Shown here: in pieces, positions 53,374 through 64,000 of the stretch
How positions within the stretch are numbered: position 1 is the stretch's first letter
How the letters are laid out: every line of letters begins with the position of its first letter
Origin: Vicugna vicugna
Taxonomy: Eukaryota
Direction: 5' to 3'
DNA: 64,000 bases
Assembly: GCA_013265495.1 (NCBI GenBank)
Contig: MU058844.1
Coordinates: 9,196,184 to 9,260,183, forward strand
Position numbers and translations under genes: made by a program
The notes under the pieces: model-generated
What the model was told of the DNA's origin: nothing
What the model saw: the letters and a program-made list of their open reading frames with translations, nothing else
Database searches by the model: none

Positions 53374-53403
53374 ACAATTACTACACAGACAATTACTACA
53401 CAG
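53374..53403. repeat. Tandem duplication, 2 x 15 bp
   Basis: ACAATTACTACACAG twice, exact. Confidence 0.92.
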
Positions 53404-56400
53404 GATACCACCTTCTCTCACTGCTTCAATGTGAACCCTCAAAATGTTTCCAACAGCTTTCCCATTTCTTAAGGTCTTGTTTACTTTTCAGGTCCATATG
53501 TTGAGAGCAGAGACAAATTTATTGTCAGGGATTTGTTTTGGTAGCTAGTACTCAGACGCCAAGCCAGTCCATGTGAGAGAAGACCTTGTCTACAGCAGAT
53601 AGGACACAGACTTGGTGGGTTCAATTCTTTAATTCTGATTTAATATTCCCTTAATTAGTAGAGAAAAACACTTGTACCCGGCTAACCAGAGTTTTAATCG
53701 TCAAAAACCCATTTATTAAAGTTCTTTCTGGTGCCACATGCCTTCTAAATTTGAGTTTTTTAAGTGCCAAGGTATCTGTTCTAATCACTGTTTAAAAAAA
53801 AAAAGTATGTCCAGGTATTTTGTCCGCTAACCAGTATGACTATACTTTTAACTGAATTGAGCATCAGAACTTCTAGTTTGCCATGTTTTCACCTTGTTAT
53901 TTTAATTTTGCCATGTTTCCATCCTCGGTTTTAGTGTTCTTAGAAGTGGATGGGAAAATGCTAACTGGTGTTCTATAAGGGCAGAGAGTATTTTAAAATC
54001 AGAAGAAATACATTACACAATTCTGTATAATATCCAAGTTTCCCATTTTTGCCAACTGAAGATAAATTCTTAAAAATCTGTGAGGGACAGATCATTTCCA
54101 GAATGCTGGGCCATCTGTAAATGAAGTTCATCATTATAGCGGATAAAACATTATATTAATTTATCAGCGTTAAAAAGATGCCATAAAGGAAGGGAAGCAG
54201 CCTTCTATATTGGCTCCACAAACAACATTTGCATGCCAAATAAGGAGTCCAATAACTGAATTGTTAAAAAGGAAAGCATTAAAATATGTCTTGGCAACAT
54301 ATGAGGGACAGAAGCCAACCAAATGTCCTACAGGGAGAAATCAAAAGCCACATTCATACATTCCTTCCATCTGAAATCCATGAAGCATCTGTGGTTAACT
54401 GGTATTCAAGCACCCAAAGAAGTGATACAACTTAAAAGATCATTGTTTCCCCAAAAGTGAGTATATAAATGGTATGGTGACAGGCCTGGCAAATATCTGT
54501 CATTCATTGTTTCTGAAGTATTGCCATTTTTGTGTAAATTCTAATGGATTTTAATATTTTCATGGCTTTAGTGGGCTGAATTACACAGGTTTCTTAATTA
54601 TCTTTTAACTATGCAAATTTCAGAAAAATTAGTTTAAATCAAGTGCCCTCCTAAGCTGTAAAGAAGCCACTCTGCAGTGGGAGATTGTCTCTGCACTGGG
54701 AAGAGGAGGAATGTTGTTTTTTTTCCTCTGACATTGGAGTCATCTAAGAAACTGTCAGATTCCACATCTCCATCAATATTCATATCAGTGCCCAGGAAAA
54801 CATTCAGCAATTTTATAACTGTTTAAATCCAGTAGTCATTTAACATTGGGTAGAAACGAAATTGCACGGTATCTTTGTTGAATGCACACTTTATGGAAAT
54901 ATATTCAATCTTGAAGAAAGCACTCCTAAAACAGCGAGCAAAATAACTAAGTTGGAAAACAGTGATGCACTGTTCAGAACAACCTTCAAAAGAGCAAACT
55001 GCACGAGAACACTGCCCTAGCTGTCAGTGCAGTATTTTAACACCAGATTTCCAAGTTCCCAAGGATACTAGTAGGATTCCTTAACAAACTAAAACTTAAG
55101 CTACTAGTGAAAGAATGAAATCAGGGAGCCCAACTTGTCCCTTGAAGGTGTCTTTGTACGAAAAGATCTGCCTGCAACAGCGAAAGAGAACTAAGCAAAA
55201 GGACCACACAGACCTCTAGTGATTTTGGCTCACAAGACTGGAACTGGCAGGCCTGGGGCACAGTTTTCTTAAGAATATCCTGAACATCCACCAAAGTGTC
55301 CCAAGTGCCTAGCTAGATGCTAGGCTTTCAACGATTAACCAACTGCTCAACTAGATTTGATGGTTAATATTTACAGAAGGCTCTCACGTGTGTTGGGATC
55401 TTCAAGGATATTGTCCTCTTAAATTTATAAAAGGACTTAACATTCATGCTAGGACTCCATTTTCTTATGTTGAGAACCGAACATGGAGTTTCCTGCAATG
55501 GTTTTAATGTAGTAATTTTAATAGTTTCTCCTTGAATTGGTCTTATGTAAGGTAATAAATCCACAAGTCTTACTTTGGGAAAAGCTCAGATATCATCTGA
55601 AAAAGCTCAGATATTTTCACTATATATATAAACAACATTCAGTCTATTTTTATTTTCCACAAATAAGACTCTCAATGGAGTACACAATCTCAAGTCCCAT
55701 TTCAAAAAGTCAAAGTGGAGCCCAGCATTCGTTACTGAGAATCCTGATAAAGCATTAACATATAAAATAAGGTCTGGGCACTTTAGTAAAAACTGGTTAT
55801 GCCATCAATATAAATATGAATTACCAATTTGTTAAGCAATTTTGCTAGGAGTTGGGAACTTTTCCATATCATACTGGTAAATGCTGGCTCACAATCCCCT
55901 AACAGATTCCAATATGGAAAAGACAAACCTGGTACAAAATGAGATATGAATTTCCTTATTAGACATAAATATACAATAAAGAGTTAATCATTTAATTCAT
56001 ATAAAGGGAGGCTTTTACTTCAAGAAAGCTTGAAGGCTGAGAGTTGTTCTCTTATGTGCTGGTACTCTAAGACCCAGAGACAAAATTCCTGATAGGTGCC
56101 ATGGATTCTGGCACAAATTTTTTTTTTTCAACTTTGCCATTTTAACTGCCTGTCTGCTGCCTGCCTCCCTCTGCTGTTACATATGGTGAAAAGGACGTCA
56201 GTAGGAACATGTTAAAGCACAGTATATATTTGAATAGGTTGATGCTTTTCTTCTCACTCTAAAAACAAAAAAAGAGAACTAAGAATTTTGACTGATAATA
56301 AGAGCTGTGCACATGTAATCTCCATATTTTGATTAGCTGAGTCTGCCACAAATGCAGGTAAATATTGGGGGTAATCTCCTACAAGCAAGAAATTAAAAGT

Positions 56401-56769
56401 TCATGCACCCAGAACCACCTTTTGTCAACACACCAAAATACATGAAGCATGAATTTTAATTTCAGGTTATCACAAAATTCAGTTGTTTAAAAAGATAATA
56501 TTATAGTAGCAAGCAACAGTCATGTATTTCAAAATATTTTATAAAATTCTTCCCTTTTACTCAATAACTGTCACTAAAAAAAAAAAGCCTGCGTGACAAG
56601 AAGTGTTAAGTCATTAATTTTGGGCTGAAGATAAAGACAACCTTTAGACAAGGTGACCACTTTTAATTAGAGAAAAGGGAATTAAACTGTGATTCTGCAA
56701 TTGTTTGATCCCACTGCATTATCAATCATACTACCTTAAGCATTTTCTTTCATTTATCCATTCACTGCC

Positions 56770-59700
56770 TGGGTTCCAGGGCAGTCCAAAGTAACTGCCA
56801 ATAAGTGCGGGCAGGAAAAGCCCCAAGAAATGGCTGCTGTGTCTACCCAGAGGTCCAGGAAAAGGAGCAGAGCAGCTGGGAGGCAGCATCACTTTGATGT
56901 CATCCTCCCCACTCCAGATGAAACCAACAGAGTAGAAGTGCCCCTCTTTCCCTTGGAGCTATAGCAACCTCGTGATCCTCCCCGCCTGACACCAGGTAAA
57001 TGCCAGCTAAAGAGCTGAGTTCTTAACCTTCCCTCCAGTCACTGTGTGGCCTCCTGGGAGTGGAGCCCTCGGTTCTCCCAACTCTACACCAAGAGAGCTT
57101 GGAAAGAGACAGTGTCACCTGCCCTCCCCACCAGCAGCCATCTAGTCCTTGAGAGTGGTTCCCTGTTGACTTGCCCTGCCCTGTACAAGTGTTAGCAAGG
57201 AGACAGTCCCTTCCCTTCCCCAGGAACACTGTGCAGGTCAGCCTGGAAGGACTGACCCCTGGAGGGGTACCGGGAGACTAAAGCCCTGACTTACCACTGA
57301 GAAGAGCAGTAACGGGGAGCCCTGGGGATCAAAAAGTGAAGAGTAGATCTCAGAGAGGAAGGAGCTGGAGAAGAGGATAATTTAAATCTGTGTATGAAGT
57401 CCTGAGCCACCTGGAAGTTGTGCACGCATGAATCCAACCAGAATCAACACAACAAAGATTTTTAGCACTTAACTGGAGTTTCAGATTGGCCTCTGGGAGA
57501 AACACAAGTGAGATAGACCAGAATAGCACCGCAAAGATTTTGAAAACAAAATTAACATTGGAACCACAGTCCACAGAAAGTGGGTGAGGCCATGTGGTCC
57601 GGTCTGAAGCAGGTTGGCCACTTGCTAAAATAAACAACCACATGAAGATAAATCCAGATAATTTAAAAAGGATCCAGAATCTCGTAATGTAATAGTCAAA
57701 ATATCCAGGATAAAATGTAAACTTGCTGGACACAAAAAGGAAAAACAAAACCTAAACGACTCTTAAGAAAAAAGATAATCAACAGGTGCTAAGCCCAAAT
57801 GATCCAAATGTTAGAATTATCAGACAAATATTTTGATGTAGCTATTACATCTGCAGGGGAATAAAACTTTTCTAGATTTCTTATTGCTGCTGTAAAAGTC
57901 CCTATTCTCCTGAGATTCTTCAAATGCCGTAAGAATTTGATCTATAGCTATTTGCTTAGTTAATTGCTCTGATATGACAGGATAATAAAATTTTCTAATT
58001 TCTCTGGAAGGGTCAAATGATTACAGCCTAGACTAGATAGATCCCTAGGTGAAACTCAGAAGGTGCTGGAGAGACTCGCTCCCTACCTTCCTAGGTATTT
58101 ACATGTCAAAAAAGATAAAGCCTTAGAACTAGGAAGCATTACTAGGTTGTAAGAGTTGAGACATACATCAGAGAGATGTTATATACACACCAGAGTTGGA
58201 ATTTGGCTGCAGGCCATTATGTTTCCGAGGAGACCTCTTTAGGAGGGGTAAAAGAGAGCTGTCTCCTTCCTCTTTATAAGCAGAGAAAAATAATTTTCCT
58301 TGTCTCTCATCTATGATGTGTCTGGCTACTTACGTAGGGAATTTCCCATCTGCTCTCTCTGCGTCACCGAGGGGTAAGACCTGGGCTAAGAGAGCAATGG
58401 CACACTTGTTACTAAGATACAAGTCTTTGACCCAGAACTCCTCAACTGCACACTCAGGAAAATTAACAAAGTTAAATACTAAAAACCCCACAGTAACTGT
58501 GATCCAAAAAGTATGGGCAAGCACTCTTGGAATGAATGAAGAAGGTAAATGACACAAACACTGTTTAAGAAAACCTAGAATGGCTGTATGATTACCACAC
58601 AAAGCCAACTTCAGATCAAGAAAAATTACCATAGATTCTTTTAAAAGGTCAATATACTAAAACAATAATACACTGCAAAAAAATGAGGATTACTCCAAGC
58701 AGTGCAAGCTTGGGCCAACAGCTGAAAATCAATTAATATGATTTACCATATTAACAAGCTTAAAAAGAAAACCCACATGGTCACATCAATAGAGGCAAAA
58801 AAAAGTATCTGACAAAATTTTACATTCATTCAAGAAAAAATTTTTTTTAAAACTCAGTAAATGAGGACTAGAAGGGAACTTCCTCATTTAGTATCATCTG
58901 CAGAAACAACTATAGGTAACGTCATTCTTAATGGTAAGATATTGACTACGTTTCCCTTAGATCAGGAACAAGACAAGGGTGCCTGCTTTTGTCACTTTCA
59001 ATCATACTGGAAGTTTTAGCCAATTTAGTAAGATAAGAAAGATAAATAAAAGACAGATCAAAAAGGAAGCAATAAAATTATCTCTATCCACAGACAACTT
59101 GACTGTCTACATAGGAAATCCCAAAGAATCTACACACACACACACCCCAACTCCTAAGTCAATTTAATAAGATCAGAGGGTACTTATTAGTTCATAAAAA
59201 TCAATAGTATTTCTATTCACTAGCAATAAAAATTCGAAAACCAAACCAAAATTTAAAAAAAAGTCTACTTACATTAGCTAAAAAAATTAAATACTTAGGT
59301 ATAAATCTAACAAAATATGTTCAGAATCTGTATACGCAAAAGTATAAAATGTCAGTGAAACATACCAGAAAAACCTAAATAAATGGAGAGACGTACAAAG
59401 TTCAGGGACTGGACAGTTCAGTATAGTTCAGATATCAATTTTTCTCAAATCAATCTATAGATTTAATAAAATCCCAATCAAAACACATGCAGGATTTATT
59501 TTATCTAAATAAAAGTTCATTCTAAGATATCTACAGAGAAGTAAAGAAACCAGAACATCTACAACACTGTTACACGTGCTGCTGAAGCGAGCACATCTAC
59601 AACAATTTTGAAAAAGTGGAACAATTTCGAAAAGAGTGGACACTATTTAACTTTAATACATTCTATAAAGCTACAGTATCAGGACAGAATAGTATTGGTG

Positions 59701-61075
59701 AAAAGATAAACACACAGATCAATGAAACAGAAGAGATACTCTAGAAATATCAAATATTGTCAGCTAATTTTTGAGGAAGGTGCAAAGGCAATTCAATGGA
59801 GAAAGGCCAACCTTTGCAACAAATGACACTTGGAAGAACTGGCATCCATATTAAAAAAAATCCTCAACGTACATTGTGCACCACATGCAAAAAAAAAAAA
59901 CCAAACCCTCAAAATATAAATGTAAACTGATATGAAATACAAAATAATAAAACTAAATGTAAAACTATAAAACTGTTAGGTGAAAACAAAGGAGAAAATA
60001 TTTATGACCTTGTGTTAAGAACAAATTCTTAAACACCAAAATCATGATCTATAAGAAAAAAAAATGTGAATTAAACTTCATCAATGTGAAACACACTAAA
60101 CACACTTTTGCTTTGTAAAAAACACTTTCAAGAGAATGAGAAAACCAGTCACAGACTGGAAGGAAATACATATTTGCAAATTGCATATCAGACAAAGGCC
60201 TTGTATCCAGAATATCTAAAGAACTTTCAAAACTGAATAATAAAAAAATAGCAGATTTTAACAGATATTTCACTAAAGGAGATAATACGGATAGTAAATA
60301 AACATGAGAAAAGATGTCCAACATCATTAGTCATTACAGACTAGCAAATTAAAAGCACAACGGGATAGCATTACACACCTATTAGAGTGATTTAAATAAA
60401 AATAATGACAATTCCAAGTGCTGATGAAGATGAGAAGAAACAGGACTCCTCAAACATTGCTGGTGGGAATGAAAAATGACATGGCTACTAGAATACAGCC
60501 TGGCAACTTCTATAAGCCTAAGCATGTGCTTACCATATAACCCAGCAAACTCACTACAGGTTTTTATCCTAGAGAAATGAAAACTAATTTTTGCATAAAA
60601 ACCTGTACTTGAATGTGTATAACAGCATTATTTATAATTGCCTCTAACTAGAAGCAAGCCAAATATCCTTTAATGGGTGAAGGAAACATAAACTGGTTAG
60701 TACATCTACACAATGGAATATTGCACAGCAACATAACAGGACAAATTATTGATATACACAACTTGAATGGATCTCAGACACGTTTTCCTAAATGAAATAT
60801 CCTAGTCTCAAAGGTTACATACCGTATTATTCCATTTATATGCCATTGCAGAGAAGGCAAAAATATGACAAAGGAAAAAAATTAGTAGCTACCAGGGGTT
60901 AGGGATGAGGGGAGGGTCCGAATACAAAGGTGATATTATGAGGAAATTCTTTGGCAGTGTTGAAATTTTTCTGTACCCTGTCTGTTGGTGATGATTACAA
61001 GAATCTATACTACAAGTTAAAAACTCATAGTATTATACAACAACAAAAAAGTGAATTTTACTCTATTTAAAGGCA
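56770..61075 (+). mobile_element. Large degenerate, internally deleted L1 (5' region, ORF2 remnants, 3' UTR), antisense to ACSS3
   Basis: ORF2-like DNA (agatcaggaacaagacaagg, aaatacttaggtataaatctaacaaaa, ttgctggtgggaatg); remnant KEAIKLSLSTDNLTVYIGNPKEST in ORF 58979..59167; many stops. Confidence 0.85.
57852..58450. mobile_element. LTR-like insertion within the L1, family not assigned
   Basis: abrupt switch from L1 sequence; bounded by TGCAG...CTGCA. Confidence 0.45.
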
Positions 61076-61534
61076 AAAAGTTGGAAACATTTTTTAAAAA
61101 CTCTTCTGGGAAATTTGTGTAATTTACACTGGAAGAAAATTCTCCGGATTTAAGAGTACAATAAAATGTTCAATCTCACACCACTTTACATGCAAACCTA
61201 GTTATAAAGGAGGAGCAAATCAAGAAGCTAGAAGCAATCAAGTAGCAAGTATCAGGAAGCAAACGTCTGTAAACTCTCCCATAAATAACCAATAAAAGGT
61301 AAGTGCCTAACATTCCTCACCATCACCCAGGTAGGAATCGGGGGGAACGTGGGGAGTATGAAAATCCACACGGGAGAAAAGTGAGGTGAGAGAGACCAGC
61401 ATAACCGCTGTAGCCAAGCTGCAGATGAAGGGCCTGGCAATTTTCCAGGTGCAGTGACTTAACCTCATTATTACTGACTTCAGCTCAGCTCTGTGCCTAA
61501 ACACCTGGAAGAAAAGGCCAGTATTTATCAATAC

Positions 61535-61657
61535 CTCTTCGATGGAACCTGCAGAAATCCTGTGACCTGCAACGTTTATCACGTCATCAACCCGAGACAT
61601 GACATACACATAGCCTTCTTCATCCATGTATCCAGCGTCCATGGTGTCATAGTATCC
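61535..61657 (-). CDS. ACSS3: ACSS3 exon: GYYDTMDAGYMDEEGYVYVMSRVDDVINVAGHRISAGSIEE
   Basis: tttcag| acceptor, GAG|gtattg donor; 123 nt, phase 0-0; adenylate-forming enzyme hinge motif RxDDVINVAGHR. Confidence 0.96.
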
Positions 61658-62274
61658 CTGAAAATAAGAAGAAATAATGTCTGGTTTGCATGTAGCATTA
61701 GGTAATGCAATCATTTTAAGCTTGGTAAAATATAAAATGTGATAGAAAGGGGTTTACTGTATGTATTTGACTTTTTTTTATAACTAGCCCATGGAATTAA
61801 GTTGCTTTTGATTTTGAAAGCTTACTAGAATCTCTTCACTCCTCCAACAACCAGGAATAAATTAAAGTGTTCTTATATATGTTCAAGCTAAGTGTTTGAA
61901 CCTAGAGTTATAAAGTTTATGAACCCAATTTCTTTTTTTAATGGAGAAGTAATAGCTCAATTTTTGCAATATACTTGGGTATTGCAAAGCAATTCTTTGC
62001 TAGATTTCTTCTTTAATTGTCTTAATTTTTTAAAGCTTTAAAGCTCTCTGTGGATAATTACAAAAGAGACCACTAGTTTGCTCATTTGGATTGGACTCGA
62101 GCTTCAGTGAAATATAGTTAGATGGTAAGTATAAAATATAACTTTTAATCAACTCAGAGAAGCAGCACGTCTTCACTGATTCAGAAGTCACAATTTAATG
62201 AAGAATCAAGAATGAGGAGTAAAAAGAAGTATTATTTCCCCAAATGCTTCAGAGTCACGTTAATACCTATGTTA

Positions 62275-62590
62275 TAAGCATGGGCTTCAGGACAAATCCA
62301 AGTAAGTCACTATTTCTGTTTCTTAATCTTTCTGAGACTCAGTATGCTCATCTATTAAAGAGGGTGATGAACCTCGCAATAAGGCTATGAGAAGCATACA
62401 TGGCATGGGGCATATAAGGAGGGCAGACCCTGGCCCAACACGAGCCCTCAATAATCGGCAGCTCTTCCTGCAATTACTGTCAGAGAGACAATCTCGATAT
62501 GGTGTGGATACTGGAGCCAGACTATATGGGGTCCAAATGTCAGCTCTGTTATTTCTAAGCTGTGGGCAAGTTACTCAACCCTTCCGTGTT
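62275..62590 (+). mobile_element. Two adjacent MIR fragments
   Basis: ctcagtatgctcatctatt core; ctggagccagact...gctgtgggcaagttactcaacc head. Confidence 0.7.
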
Positions 62591-62979
62591 GTTAACAAGC
62601 CCTTAGATGAGAGGGCTGAGACCAGGGTGACAAGACAGAGTTTAGATTCACTACATGAATCAGAGTAATGGGGAAATAGCCAAAAAGAACACAGGAAGAC
62701 ACTTTCTGTTATCCAGGGCACTGGAGGTTGGGTGATGAGAACACTATCTCTATATTGTACCTGTATTTTAAAATGGAATTTTAAAACAAAAAGAGCTCAG
62801 CAAATGCTCAGGAAAGAACATCAAAAATAGGCAAAGGGATAAAAAAAAATACAGTTCTGGCAAGCCAAATTTTGCTCACATAAACAGGAGTAGAGGAGGT
62901 AAAGAGGTTCTCATGACAGCATCCAGTTTTGATCAGGTGTTCTCAGTCTGTGCGGAGGAATCCAATGCAGGAACTCATA

Positions 62980-63210
62980 CAGAAAGCCCCCAAAGTTTTA
63001 ACTTAGTGAAAACTTTCCTGATATGAACAGCTGTTAAATTTCAAGAGAAGCTGCTAAGAGAAACTGAGAACTTTCAGTGTCCAGAGACGGATAAATAAAT
63101 ACAAAAATGACTTATTTGGACATCTGAGGTTTGGGCATTCTCGTCCCTGAGATCGTGAAACTGGTCCAGATAATCTTTAAAAAGCTGTTTTGTGCTCTAG
63201 AAATTCTAAG
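62980..63210 (+). mobile_element. CR1/L3-like 3' fragment
   Basis: gaaaactttcctgata...agctgttaaa...tctagaaattct pattern. Confidence 0.35.
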
Positions 63211-64000
63211 AGCGAGTTATAGAATTTAATAGGCAAGAACTACAAAGAAGTGCATAAGATGGTAAAAGCAAAACGTATAATTAAGTTCTTACAGGAAATT
63301 TTTCAAAGTATAAATGCTTGAATGCTTCCTGATTCTTCCAGAGTCCTGAAAACGCACCAGGTGGTAATGGCAACCTTATACGAAAACAAAGCAGTGAGAA
63401 TTATGATGAAAGTGATAATAAAGACAGATTGATTAGAAAAGATAATTTTCCACTGTGATGAATAATTACAATTCAAATCCCACATTGAATTGTAACCCTT
63501 AAATCTGCTGGACGGATGGTGTCTAACTGAGGCTGAAGTGGTTGCCCACTTCATGACATGGCAAAATCACGGAGGGATGACTGTAGTTTCTGGGAAGGGC
63601 ACTAAAGGCGCACACACTTGGCATTTAAATCGTTATTAGCAGCAATCATTGTTTCAGTGAGAAGCATAACATCTGCAAAAAGGAACCAAAAATGCATCAC
63701 CAAATTACTTTTTAAGAGAAATAGGCTTCTACCATAGGCAAATAAACCTTTTTTTTAAAGTATCAAGGTAACACCTTTGCCAGTCTCTGTGTGTAATAAA
63801 ATGTACCAATTAAACTTCCCATGAACAATCTTATCTTCACAATCAATGTGCCTCTCCACTCTGGGAATTCCTTCCCACTGTCCCCTCTTCCGTTGTTTTC
63901 ATGACCATCCATGTGATTTCTCACCCCCATGAACACGTGAAGATATGTGCGCACATACAACAGAAGTGGTGTCCACCCCTTCTTCCCACTCAACTTCCTC

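Noticed and set aside
58560..61075. Active L1 or a domesticated reverse transcriptase
   Set aside because: Many stops, frameshifts and large deletions

Overview
AT-rich mammalian genomic DNA, probably camelid, judging by a tRNA-derived SINE at ~2329-2487 that resembles the camelid SINE family as I recall it. It holds the convergent 3' ends of two genes. PPFIA2 (liprin-alpha-2, + strand) has ten coding exons from 14102 to 42926 encoding the three SAM domains and the C-terminal -VRTYSC, then a last exon from 44982. ACSS3 (acyl-CoA synthetase short-chain family member 3, - strand) has its last four coding exons at 61657..49219. All exon phases join in frame. The rest is intron with MIR, L2, L1, CR1, MaLR/LTR and DNA-transposon relics. 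Almost all ORF-track entries are noise or exon read-throughs. There is no prokaryotic system, CRISPR array or RNA gene. The most interesting signals concern splicing control: (1) a candidate 9-nt PPFIA2 microexon (4727-4735) whose acceptor sits in a perfect 10-bp hairpin with a YCAY-rich loop; (2) a two-hairpin 3' splice site before the exon encoding the CASK-binding VWV motif; (3) a C-terminal switch (-VRTYSC vs -FSVYST) from exon skipping; (4) a GC-AG intron; (5) a tail-to-tail 3' UTR junction with a CTCF-like site. Repeat family names and comparisons to human come from memory and were not database-checked; repeat boundaries are approximate.
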